From Amoebidium appalachense (Eukaryota > Protista > Ichthyosporea), in contig CAVNZM010000015.1 of assembly GCA_963693365.1 (NCBI GenBank), forward strand, positions 5,898,624 through 5,962,623: a stretch of DNA of 64,000 nt. Reading direction: 5' to 3'. The notes under the pieces were generated by a model that did no database searches, was not told the origin of the DNA, and worked only from the letters and a program-made list of their open reading frames with translations. The position numbers were made by a program, and so were the translations under genes. Below, in pieces: positions 37,833 through 48,907 of the stretch. Position 1 is the first letter of the stretch, and every line of letters starts with the position of its first letter.

Positions 37833-39599
37833 AAAAGTACACACTTTAATTTTTTTTTTTCGTTTCTGTTCTCAAGTGGGGAGATTTCACTAGTTCAGTG
37901 GGGATATGATAACACAAACTTCAAAGTCTTAAGTGGGGATGTTGTAATACGTAGTATTTACATATGGTAAGATCTTCTCAGTTTGTGTTATGTTTCAGTT
38001 CATATGCTTAGTGTAAATGCCACACTCCTATTATGTAAAGTGTAGCATCGATCTCCGATATGCTTGTATACTTGTAATCGTGTTGTATCGGCTTTAATCG
38101 TGTATTGTAATATCGATTAGAATATTTATATGTGTGTACACGGATCCACCCACTCAGGGAGAGACGTGTACATGTTCGTGTGTACATAAATATCTCTGGT
38201 TATAGTTATGCTATTACTATCTTGTTTGTTGATCTGTGCTCTCTTTTCCTTCCTCTTTCTCCTTCCTTATTTTCTTTTCTTTCTCTCCTTGTCTTCATGT
38301 GTATAATCGTATTTCTTTTCTACTAATATATGTTAGGTAGATTTGTGTTACTTAATACGTGTTCATTGGACGGTAACACACTTAGGCTACACTTAGAATA
38401 GCATGTGTGTTTAGACTTCATTAATTCACTTTAGTTTTCATGTGTTGCCGGGCTTTAACCAATCATCAAGGTTAAGTGTGATATGTCTGAGTCTTTGCAG
38501 TATGTCATAGGTTAGAACTTCCTTGATGATGACACGAGTTGATCTTAACTAGTGTCTGTGTCCTATCGTGTACGCCTCCGCGTACCGGATCTCTCTGAAA
38601 GCAATTGGTTCTTAGTGATTGGTTTCTATTAGAGATGGATCTGATTTCCGACTGGTCGGAAATCATGTATGGATTGGACTTAGAGGAATTTCAGGTATTT
38701 ATTCGAAGATCAGAATAAATTCAGTTCAGTCGTGTCTAAACATTGATGTCTGTTGTGTACACTGCTCCGATCGTTCCGTGTTTTGTTGTTGTGTGTGTCT
38801 GTGGTGTTTTCACACTGCACCACTGTGTCTCTGCTTACATCCCAAATACTTATACAATTTAACACTTTTCCCATAGGAGACCAGGGGAGACAGAATCGTA
38901 AGCAGTTTTCCAATCAATAAAGCCAATATATCGTGCACCAACTTGCATAGAATCGTGCAGTGCCATTATTTGAACATAACATGAATTGTTTTTACGAAAA
39001 GCGGATTGGCATGGGTGTATGTGAAGAATAGATTGAAACCTAGGGTGATGTGCAAATAACCTAAGTAAGCAAGCTTCAAAGAATCTACGAACAACCTGGG
39101 TTAGTGTAATGGGGCGAAAGGATGATATGGGGCCCTCAGAGTCCTTCTTAACTAGTATGGGGATCACTAAGGTATCTAACCAAGATGACGGGACATGTCC
39201 ACATTTAACACACCAAGAAAAGAGAGAGCTTAACATGATAGTAAGATCAGGTTTAATAGCACGATCACTTTCCTTTTGTGGGTAGGAGGGAACAAGGATT
39301 TTAAGAAACCCAGCAGGGAGTCCATCAGGTCCACAAGACTTACTAGAGCTATAACTAGATATCACAGACCATATGGCATCGGGACTGAAAAAGGGGAGGA
39401 TCGATTCTGTGGGGATAGATGGGTCTACAGGCCACACAATAGGTTTCTGAGCGGGGGTCCTATCTTTAAACAGTTCCGAGAAATACTTATCAGAGTCTAT
39501 GAGGGGGTCTCCAGTGGTATCACCAATAATACGAGCAGGGGGGCTGAAAAACGTGGAGGCCAGAGTCAGACGCTTTACAGCTAATCCAACCTCCAACAA
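34405..39599 (-). mobile_element. LINE (non-LTR) reverse transcriptase fragment interrupted by a Copia element
   Basis: KSCGPDGL, FRPITL, QSAFR, FIDWKTAYDSV in 39599-38865. Removing the insert and one CTTTT restores WEK|LAARG...GLLQGSLLSPFLFNLFIDD...YADD...YKYLG in one frame. Confidence 0.92.
35011..38864 (+). mobile_element. Non-autonomous Ty1/Copia LTR retrotransposon with 925-bp LTRs
   Basis: LTRs 35011-35935 and 37940-38864 (TGTT...AACA, identical by eye); 5-bp TSD CTTTT; PBS GGTTATGGGCCCAG (copia half-tRNAiMet type) at 35936; PPT AAGTGGGGA; RNase H tail YVESANNLADILTKSL at ~37262-37310. Confidence 0.93.
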
Positions 39600-40479
39600 C
39601 AGGATATACGTTTAGAGTTTCAGGTACTCTGGTTTGCACCAGGTACCGGGGTGCACCAGGATATCATTAATGGGCCCGTTTCACGTACATACAAACAGGT
39701 TAGCACGGCCCAACTGATGATGGGCGTGAGCCCCGCGGCCGTCACATGCAGGCGCACACATAGAGTGTGGGGTCGTGGGACGTTCATCAGCATGCGTAAT
39801 ACTTTCTCACAAATTCATCTCTTTTTCTGAAATGTAATTTTTATTTATTTTTATAATGACTTTATTTATATGCTCATGAAAGAGAAGCAAGCCGGAGATA
39901 TCACAGATATCTCAGAGAAGAAAATACAAAAACCCCTACTCACCGATACGGAGCAGATTCAAACAAGTTAACGACTCAAATAATCATACACCCTAGAAAA
40001 CTTGTTACTCATACGGTGGTTTAACAGATCATCAATAGAAGTAATATCAGGATTATTTAAATAAGCTAGTCTTCGAATTTCTAACGGAAGAATCTGAGAT
40101 AAATACATACACTTATCTAGATGTTTGCGAGAAAAAGGTTCTGCACAAAGGTGACACAAACATTTATGGAAACTAACTTAGTTACAGCGCCAAAATAACT
40201 ATTTCCAAGCAGTATCACACGAAGGGGTTAATGTGTCGAAATCGGCAAGTGTGGTAGGTTTACGAGAGGAAGGATGAATATAAGTAGCTAATGTTCATAA
40301 CGATTGTAGAGAAAATCATGAGACTCAGACGAGTCTCTAATGGTTTTATTTGTGGAAATTATTGACATAAATATTTTTCTGGGTAAACACGTAGGATGGG
40401 TGTTCGATACCAACATAACCATGTAGGCTTCAATTCGTGTTTTAGCAGTTAGCGGTTGGCTGCCCGCACACGGGCACCT

Positions 40480-40605
40480 ATTAGCCAGTCAAAACATCAG
40501 ATACCACAGATCACTAGACCGAGTTACGATTGGCTCGGATCAGATTTCACATATCACTAGATCGATTTTTGATTGGCTCAGATCGGTAGGCTTAGGTATA
40601 TAAGC
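40480..40605 (+). promoter_or_regulatory. Pol II promoter-like region in Ngaro A repeat (CCAAT boxes + TATA)
   Basis: Two GATTGGCTC motifs within a short duplicated ATCACTAGA...GATTGG unit, then GGTATATAAGC ~130 bp upstream of the gag ATG; present in every A repeat. Confidence 0.6.
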
Positions 40606-40727
40606 ACGACAGTTTTTAGCAGATCAGCAAGCTACAAACACATCTTCTGTGTTTAGCATCCACAGCCTTACAGCTATATATTCCTTTTCTCCTTTTCATT
40701 CTCCCTATCTTTCCTACGCCGGTCAGC

Positions 40728-41897
40728 ATGCCGCCGAAAAAGCGCCAGGCCTCAGCCGCCGCCCCTGCCGCGGCACCTAAGCGCCTGACCCGCAGCGATC
40801 TCCGCCACAGGCTGACCAACGCTCCCGCGGCCACTGACGCGCCTCCAGCGGCCCATACCACCACGGACCCGGACCCGCCGGCTACTCTCCCCTCCACTCC
40901 TGAAGTCCCCCCTCAGGCCCCGCCGTCCCCGCAGATGACTTCTCAAGACGCCGTCCTGGCTGCCCTCACCGCCATCAGCACCCAGATGGCTGGCGTCCTG
41001 GCTGCTCTCACCAACCGCGACCCTCCCGCGCCCCCCGCCGCGCCCTCCACACCCGGGGAGGTTTCCCCGGGGCTGCATCTCGGCCCTGACCTTGACCTGC
41101 CTGCCCTGCCCGCGCCCCCCATCACAGGTGAGAACACTGGCGACATTCAGCCGGGCACACTCCCGCTTCCCCCCGCAGATGTGCTGGCAGATTTGCGCGC
41201 CAATCGTTTCGTCGACCTGTATAAGTTCACCCCCGCCGCCCTCCTGGCCCCATCCAAGAAAGGTCAGCATCTGCGCATGGCCGACGACGGCAGCATCGAG
41301 ACTTTTCGCCAAGACAAACGTGTTCCCCTGCGTTCACTCGTCATTTGGATCCAAGCTTGGACCCATTACATGGCCGCCAAGCACCACCTCGGCCTTCCCA
41401 CGGACAAAGACGTACTTTGGACTCAGCACATCACTCGCCTCAGCACCCGATACCCGTGGGCCCAGATCCACAACTATGACGTATACGCCCGCACCGTGGC
41501 CCACCAGCAGGGTCGGGCTCCGATCGAGTGCCCCAACCTGCTCGCCCAACTCCACCAGGATCTCCTCCTGCCACCCACTCTGCTCATCCAGGACGCATGT
41601 CAGCGCTGTGGCTTCCCCGACCACCCCAGCGCGGCCTGCCCCATGTACCCCAAGCCCGGCTGTGGTCTTGACGGCTTTAAGCCGCCCCACAAGCCCGGCG
41701 GGGGTCACACCCCTAACCGCCCTGGCCCGCAACCCGGCCCGGCAAAACCGGCCCGACCCGTGGATCTACCCGCGACGCACTGCAGGAATTTCCACATTAA
41801 CGGTCGGTCCTGCGCTAAGCAGCCCTGCCCCTTCTCCCACGTGTGCCCGCTCTGCTCTGGCACACACCCCCGCAAAGACTGCAAGCACAATGCCTAG
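40728..41897 (+). CDS. Gag-like protein, Ngaro copy 2
   Basis: 389 aa, nearly identical to copy 1. Confidence 0.88.
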   Translation: MPPKKRQASAAAPAAAPKRLTRSDLRHRLTNAPAATDAPPAAHTTTDPDPPATLPSTPEVPPQAPPSPQMTSQDAVLAALTAISTQMAGVLAALTNRDPPAPPAAPSTPGEVSPGLHLGPDLDLPALPAPPITGENTGDIQPGTLPLPPADVLADLRANRFVDLYKFTPAALLAPSKKGQHLRMADDGSIETFRQDKRVPLRSLVIWIQAWTHYMAAKHHLGLPTDKDVLWTQHITRLSTRYPWAQIHNYDVYARTVAHQQGRAPIECPNLLAQLHQDLLLPPTLLIQDACQRCGFPDHPSAACPMYPKPGCGLDGFKPPHKPGGGHTPNRPGPQPGPAKPARPVDLPATHCRNFHINGRSCAKQPCPFSHVCPLCSGTHPRKDCKHNA

Positions 41898-42202
41898 TCT
41901 ACGCGCACACCCACACACACAGCTAGAACATAGGGGTTAGGAGCTAGGACACACGAGTACAGGGAAACGGAGCTCGGGAGAACGGGCCAATAGGGCTGAG
42001 TACAAAATTTCGCAGGCCAACTACGGCGCCCGCGCGCGTCAAGAATAAATGTCCCTATACAAAGACGTTTATTCTGGCCACTGCACATAATTTTACTCCC
42101 CCCCCCCCCATCCCACGAGCCTCCCCCCCCTTACACTCACCTAGCACTCCCCCCCCCCCCCCCCCCCCCCGCTGCCGGGATCTCCCCAAGGGTACACCAC
42201 CC

Positions 42203-43854
42203 TTGCTAACCACCCCTTCCCCCGAGGCTCAGACCCGGAGGCCCGCCCGCTGCCCCAGCACCACATTGACACCTCCCGCCTCCGGGAACTGCTGGCCTCC
42301 TACCCGGACCAACCATTCGCCGCACAACTCCTCCACGATGTCGAATTCGGCGTCGACATCGGCTATCGCGGCCCCTCCACCTCTCGGGTGGGCCCCAACC
42401 TACCCACCACCCCGGAGGCAGCTGCCGCTATCACGGTGGATATTGCCAAAGAAGTCGCCCTCGGCCACCTGCGCGGCCCCCTCTCCCCGGCCCAATTCTT
42501 TGACGAATTTCCCGTCCACCGTTCCTCCCCCATCGGCGCCGTTACCAAGAAAGGGAACCCCCCCAAGTACCGTCGAATCCACCACCTCTCCTGGCCCCGG
42601 GGTAGCAGTGTCAATGACAGCATCACCTACCCCGACGAACTTCAGTACATTCGCGCCCGGGATGTCACCCAACTCATTCTCGACGCAGGCCCCGGCTGCT
42701 ACATGGCCGTGGCAGATGTGCAGGCTGCCTTCCGGCACATGCCCATCCGACCGGAAGACCACCACTTAATGGCATTCAAATGGCAAGGGCATTTTTACGT
42801 TGAAACCAGACTGCCCTTCGGCCTGAAATCTAGCCCAGCCATCTGGGAACGGATCGCGGCCACCCTACAGTGGCTGGCACACCAGCACGGTATTACCCTC
42901 ATCCGCCACTACGTAGACGACTGGATTATAGTCGCCCCCACACAAGAGCAGTGCCAACGTCACCTATCCACCTTCCTGCAACTCTGCCGAGAGCTGCACA
43001 TTGCCATCTCCGAAGACAAGATGCAGGGCCCGGCTACCCGTGTCGTCTTCATCGGTATCGAATTCGACTCCATCGCCATGGAGGCACGAATCCCGGCTTC
43101 CAAGCTCTCGGACCTACTCGACCTCACTTCCCACCCAAAGCCCACCATCACCATTCGGGACCTCCAGTCCCTCCTCGGCAAACTCACCTGGTGTGCCCAG
43201 CTGGTTCCCCCCGGGAGGGCCTTCTCCCAGCGCCTATGGGCCCTTCTCCGGACCCACCCACACCTTGCCGGCCACCACCACATACGACTGACTGCTGCCG
43301 CCCGGGCCGACATAGCCGAATGGCACCAGTTCCTCACATCATGGAATGGGGTGCACCTCATCACACCCCCCACATACACCACCCTGGCCACTGATGCTGC
43401 CGGATCGGTGGGTCTAGGTGGCCACTGGCTCGACCAATGGTTCTTCATGCCCTGGTCCCCCTCCACCCAAGCCCTCTATGCTCATGAGGGTAAACTCGGT
43501 TCTTCCGTCATCGAACTCCTGGCCATCGCAGCCGCCGTGGCCCTCTGGGCCCCCTCCTGGTCCACCCACCATGTCCGTATTTTATGCGACAACACGGGTG
43601 CTGTGGCTGACCTGCACTCCCGGTCTTCCCCCCACCCCGTGATGGCCAAACTTATTCGGTTCATCACCCGCATGGAAATGCAATACCAATTTACGTTACA
43701 GGCATCCTACCTACCAAGACCCCTCAACCATCTGGCCGATGCCATTTCTCGTAACCAACTTCCCCGGGCCCGACGACTCCGACCTTCCCTGCAACCGGAG
43801 CCCTGCCCCTTCCCCTCCTGGGTCCACGAGTTCCTATCCCTTCCCTTGGGCTAA
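42203..43854 (+). CDS. RT/RNase H, Ngaro copy 2 (1-nt deletion near 42215)
   Basis: YVDD and RNase H motifs; frame intact from ~42220. Confidence 0.92.
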
Positions 43855-44938
43855 CCCCCCCCCCCCCCCCCCCCCAGATCTCCCGTTCCGGAGCAACACT
43901 GGCAGATTGGCCCCCGACTTTGCTCCGGCCGAGCTGCTTCGAATCACCACTACCCTGCAGGAATGCCAGGCCCTGAGTCTCAACCTCGACTCTCGGGCCT
44001 TTTACTCCCGGGTGCAAAAAGTGTTCATCGATTTCTGTGTGGCATCTCGGCTGCAATCCTCCTCCGGGTCCTCCCTCCCGGCCTCCCCACACACCGTGCA
44101 ACTTTTTCTCGCCTGGTGTGCCCAACGAGGGGTACAGGCCTCTTCCTTAACCGGCTACAATTCGGCCATCACCAGGCTCCACCTCGACATGGGCCTCCCT
44201 GCTCCCTACCCCCACGACAAGTCTCTGGCCTGGTTCCTACGGGGGGTAGGCCGATGGCAGCTTTCTCACAACATCCGACCCCGCTCATCCACCAGGGAAC
44301 CCCTCCTCCCCTCCCACCTCCGCCTACTCCATGGCCAGTGCCCCACCAAGGCCTCCTCGGCCAATCTCCGGCTATGGACGGCCCTCATCGTCGGTTTCTG
44401 TGGTCTCCTCCGTTCAGGGGAATTTATCTCCAAGACCCTGACTTCTTTCGACCCGTCCCGTCACGTTAAACGGAAGGACGTGACCTTCAGCTACACCCCC
44501 ACCGGTACTTTGTCCCATGCCACCCTCCACCTGCCAACCTCTAAGACGGATGTACAGGCCCGAGGTGTCAACGTCACCCTAGCTGCCCTGCCCCTCACCC
44601 ACTTCTCCCCAGCCCATCTCCTCCGGCAGTTCCTGGATACAACGTCCGGTCAACCCGACGACCCCCTCTTCAGTCTCGGTGGCATCCCCTACACCAAGAG
44701 TGCTTTCTCTGCCGATTTCCGTGCCCTCCTCTCCCGGGCAGGCCTCTCACCCTCCCGGTTTGCCGGACACAGCCTCCGCATCGGGGGGGCCACAGCACTG
44801 GCTGAGGCCGGGGTCGACGACTCCCGGATCAAACAACTCGGCCGGTGGTCCTCCGACTGCTTCCTGATCTATACCCGACTTCGTCCGGCCTCCATTGCTG
44901 CCACCACCACACGTGTATTCGCCTCTATTCTTAAGTGA
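43739..44938 (+). CDS. Tyrosine recombinase, Ngaro copy 2
   Basis: R-K-HxxR-W-Y motifs intact. Confidence 0.95.
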   Translation: MPFLVTNFPGPDDSDLPCNRSPAPSPPGSTSSYPFPWANPPPPPPPDLPFRSNTGRLAPDFAPAELLRITTTLQECQALSLNLDSRAFYSRVQKVFIDFCVASRLQSSSGSSLPASPHTVQLFLAWCAQRGVQASSLTGYNSAITRLHLDMGLPAPYPHDKSLAWFLRGVGRWQLSHNIRPRSSTREPLLPSHLRLLHGQCPTKASSANLRLWTALIVGFCGLLRSGEFISKTLTSFDPSRHVKRKDVTFSYTPTGTLSHATLHLPTSKTDVQARGVNVTLAALPLTHFSPAHLLRQFLDTTSGQPDDPLFSLGGIPYTKSAFSADFRALLSRAGLSPSRFAGHSLRIGGATALAEAGVDDSRIKQLGRWSSDCFLIYTRLRPASIAATTTRVFASILK

Positions 44939-46568
44939 AACCTTTGGAGCAAGCATACTGCTCTCGTGCCGTGGTTTACAACCATTGCAGGTTCACTTTC
45001 GTCCAAGGGGATGTCCCCCTAGAGGCAACACACGTCCCGGAGTAGTTTTTCATAGAGGTTTTATTTGTGGAAATTATTGACATAAATATTTTTCTGGGTA
45101 AACACGTAGGATGGGTGTTCGATACCAACATAACCATGTAGGCTTCATTTCGTGTTTTAGCAGTTAGCGGTTGGCTGCCCGCACACGGGCACCTATTAGC
45201 CAGTCAAAACATCAGATACCACAGATCACTAGACCGAGTTATGATTGGCTCGGATCAGATTTCACATATCACTAGATCGATTTTTGATTGGTTCAGATCG
45301 GTAGGCTTAGGTATATAAGCACGACAGTTTTTAGCAGATCAGCAAGCTACAAACACATCTTCTGTGTTTAGCATCCACAGCCTTACAGCTATATATTCCT
45401 TTTCACCCACCCACCTACACCCACACACAACCCCCATTGATCCACACATACGTGCTGTTTTTTCACGGGGCGAAGACTTCCCCCGTTTTTTTGGGCACAT
45501 GGACCTCACGGATCAATAAATTGATGACTGGGGGCTTGCCGTGGTTTACAACCATTGCAGGTTCACTTTCGTCCAAGGGGATGTCCCCCTAGAGGCAACA
45601 CACGTCCCGGAGTAGTTTTCATAGAATAAAAAGAAGCACAGGCTTAAGAGTCCTACCCGGTGATACCTTTATCACAAGTTGATGAAGAACAGGTATAGTA
45701 TGAAAGCAAGTAACATACTGCTGATAAATAGGGGAAGAGAAAAATAAAGGAGACAAATATTTAAAAGGATATCTCTGAATGGGAGATAGATTGGGTACAG
45801 GACATTTCGCAGAACAAGAAATGGAAACAGCCTGAGGGTCTAAAGAAGGAAAGAATGCAACAAAGGATGATAAGAAGGAAGCCTAACCACTGGCATGAAA
45901 ACAAAAGCGAAGGCCTAACTCATCATACGCTGACTTGCCGGAGGGAGACCAAAAACACTCAGCAAAGGAGCCGCCAGAGGATGCCTACGCGAGGTACGAG
46001 AGATGAACTGGATGAATTCACGCTGAAGGAATCGATTCCCGAAGCGCCGCGCGCCGCTGTTGCCGTGGAGGGGCACACAACTGAGTAACGGGAGGCCATA
46101 TTCGAAATGGACGAAGAAAACTTTATAAAGTGAGCAGATTAGCAGGATGGACATTAGAATACTTCGACAACCTTGATAGATGTGTAAACGACCACGCGCA
46201 CGGGAAAGCGCGAAGTAAAGGCGCCAAAGAAAACCGTAGAGGTGAAGACCTAAATAGTTATGGAGGAACAATGGGAAGACAGTTGATGTTCCAAAGTTAG
46301 TGTGGACGGGAGAAAAGGTGCCGCAGTATCTACCCAATAAATGAAACACCAATCACTACTCGAGACTGAAAGCATGGTAGTCATAATAGAAGGATCATGA
46401 GTGACTAAAATAATATCATCAGCGAAAAAAAGGCCGGAAACACAAGAGTCGCCTGCAACGGGAAATTGTTGAATCTCTACCGCTAAGTCGTCAATAAAGA
46501 CATCAAAAAGGAGGGGACCAAAAGTGAGCCCTGTAAAGGCCTCGTGTACGAGAATCCGTTACTCAGTA

Positions 46569-47470
46569 CATCAGCAATCTCCACCGGGGATCGTATACCC
46601 CTCGTAATGCCATCTCCGATGGCGTAAACCTGTCACCCATCGTAAAGCACACCACGAGTTCATATGGAGTGGTTGCACGACCTCTTTACGATAGTGTAAA
46701 GAGTTCCATGGGGTTAACGGAGCGTCTTATGTATATACATTGGATATACGCTTTACGACATCCATAAACCCTCTTTACGACATCCATAGGGTTTATGGAT
46801 GTCGTAAAGCGTATGTCATATGTATATCCTATGTATATCCGATGTATATACATTGCACTATACATAGGATATCCAATGTATATACATTGCACTATGCATA
46901 GGATATCCAATGTATATACATTGCACTATACATAAGATATCCAATGTATATACATTGCACTATACATAGGATAACCTATGTATATCCAATGTATAACCTA
47001 TGTATATACATACGACTATACATAGAAAATACATACGAGAGGGTTACGAGGGGTCGGAAACCCATCGTAATCTTCACCATCCGAGTATCCAAACCCATCC
47101 CGCTGGATATCTTAAGTATATGTTTAGGAGCGGCTTAATACCATCGTAACCCATGACATATGATATACATCGATGTATTTTACGAATTACCAACCATATA
47201 CATATGATATACATATGGCTAATCCTGGGGTACATTACGACCCCCATAATACCGTCGTAGACATTTCCATAAGAGCCCGTACACCACTCGTATGTATATA
47301 CATAGCATGTCGTGTATACATCATTACGACAGCTCTTTGCCCATCCATAAGATATCCTATGCATAGCCAAATAATATGTTACGAGTATACCATGACTAAC
47401 TAAATACAATATTACGGAATATCGTAATATACGATTACGAGCTGTCGTAATATCATAATACGAAAAGTAA
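46569..47470. mobile_element. Terminal arm of a second CATCAGCAA-type TIR element with 32-bp internal tandem repeats
   Basis: TA|CATCAGCAA start as at 765; cuts the LINE RT; GATATCCAATGTATATACATTGCACTATACATAG repeated ~4x at 46840-46970. Partner end not found. Confidence 0.45.
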
Positions 47471-48907
47471 CCACCACCGTTGTGCCCCCCCCCCCCCCCC
47501 CCCCCCCCCTCCCCTCCCCTCCCCCCCTCCCCCCCCCCTCCCCTCCCCTCCCTCCCCCCCCCCCCCCCCCCCTTCCTTCTTACCTTTCTAACTTTTTCAC
47601 AATTTGTACACGAGATACCATTAAGACTGTTGTTCCTTTATGTCTCGCTCCACTGGAGCAGAGACCGCACAAGTTGTTCATGTTAAAAAATTTCTAAGTC
47701 TCACTCCACAGGAGTAGAGACCATTTCACTCTGTTAGACTCCACAGGAGTCCAGCTTTCACCGAACAAACTAAACAAACCAACAAACAAACAAACAAAAC
47801 AAAACAAACATCATCACACAAATAAAATACGAAGTCTACATCTCCCCCCTATCTCCCCCCTGCAGAGGCCGGGACTACACCAAAAGAGACATAAACTAAG
47901 TATTAATTCTTTTTTTTTTCCTCCGGGGGGGGGGGGGGGTCTTTCCCTATTCCTCCTCATTCTAATCATCCTCAACCCTCCCACCCACATCGCCTTTCTG
48001 CTGACAGGCTGAGGACTGCCTTCTCCCGGACCTTGCAGATCTTTTCCCAGGTCTTTGCATACTGGGTTGGGACAGAAGGAGATTGTGTGAGTGTTTTTAA
48101 CTTTTCTGGCTAGCCTGAGCATGTATGTACCTGGGAAAAATGCTATCACAATGTTACCATACCAAACCTAAAGATGACATGATAGGATGATACTTGCCCA
48201 TGCTTAAGGGGAGATATCCTTCTATGAAAACTACTCCGGGACGTGTGTTGCCTCTAGGGGGACATCCCCTTGGACGAAAGTGAACCTGCAATGGTTGTAA
48301 ACCACGGCAAGCCCCCAGTCATCAATTTATTGATCCGTGAGGTCCATGTGCCCAAAAAACGGGGGAAGTCTTCGCCCCGTGAAAAAACAGCACGTATGTG
48401 TGGATCAATGGGGGTTGTGTGTGGGTGTAGGTGGGTGGGTGAAAAGGAATATATAGCTGTAAGGAGTGTGGATGCTAAACACAGAAGATGTGTTTGTAGC
48501 TTGCTGATCTGCTAAAAACTGTCGTGCTTATATACCTAAGCCTACCGATCTGAGCCAATCAAAAATCGATCTAGTGATATGTGAAATCTGATCCGAGCCA
48601 GTCATAACTCGGTCTAGTGATCTGTGGTATCTGATGTTTTGATTGGCTAATAGGTGCCCGTGTGCGGGCAGCCAACCGCTAACTGCTAAAACACGAAATG
48701 AAGCCTACATGGTTATGTTGGTATCGAACACCCATCCTACGTGTTTACCCAGAAAAATATTTATGTCAATAATTTCCACAAATAAAACCTCTATGAAAAA
48801 CTACTCCGGGACGTGTGTTGCCTCTAGGGGGACATCCCCTTGGACGAAAGTGAACCTGCAATGGTTGTAAACCACGGCACGAGAGCAGTATGCTTGCTCC
48901 AAAGGTT

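Larger units (their letters stand above)
40342..45625 (+). mobile_element. Ngaro-type YR retrotransposon, copy 2
   Basis: A1 40342-40689, B1 44967-45056, A2 45057-45404, B2 45537-45625; ~140-bp deletion between two poly-C tracts at ~42150. Confidence 0.95.
39840..46566 (-). mobile_element. Degenerate LINE interrupted by Ngaro copy 2 and truncated at 5' by a CATCAGCAA-type element
   Basis: 46560-46380 reads RTRGL.QGS..GPLLFDVFIDDLAV...GLFFADDIIL with frameshifts; C-terminal CHLC..FSRKH..C at 40159-39968; A-rich tail on minus strand near 39840-39870. Confidence 0.75.

Noticed and set aside
39676-39792. Hammerhead ribozyme on minus strand (CTGATGA-ACGT...ACGT-GAAAC)
   Set aside because: Core motifs and a possible stem II exist, but no compatible stem I/III with a UH cleavage site could be built.
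41963-41973. SRP RNA helix-8-like GGAAACGGAGC in the Ngaro spacer
   Set aside because: Short match only; the CAGG/AGCA symmetric loop and the rest of SRP are absent.
44939-44966. Extra cargo ORF (e.g. methyltransferase or hydrolase) in the Ngaro element
   Set aside because: Only ~28 nt separate the YR stop from B1, and pol ends right after RNase H.
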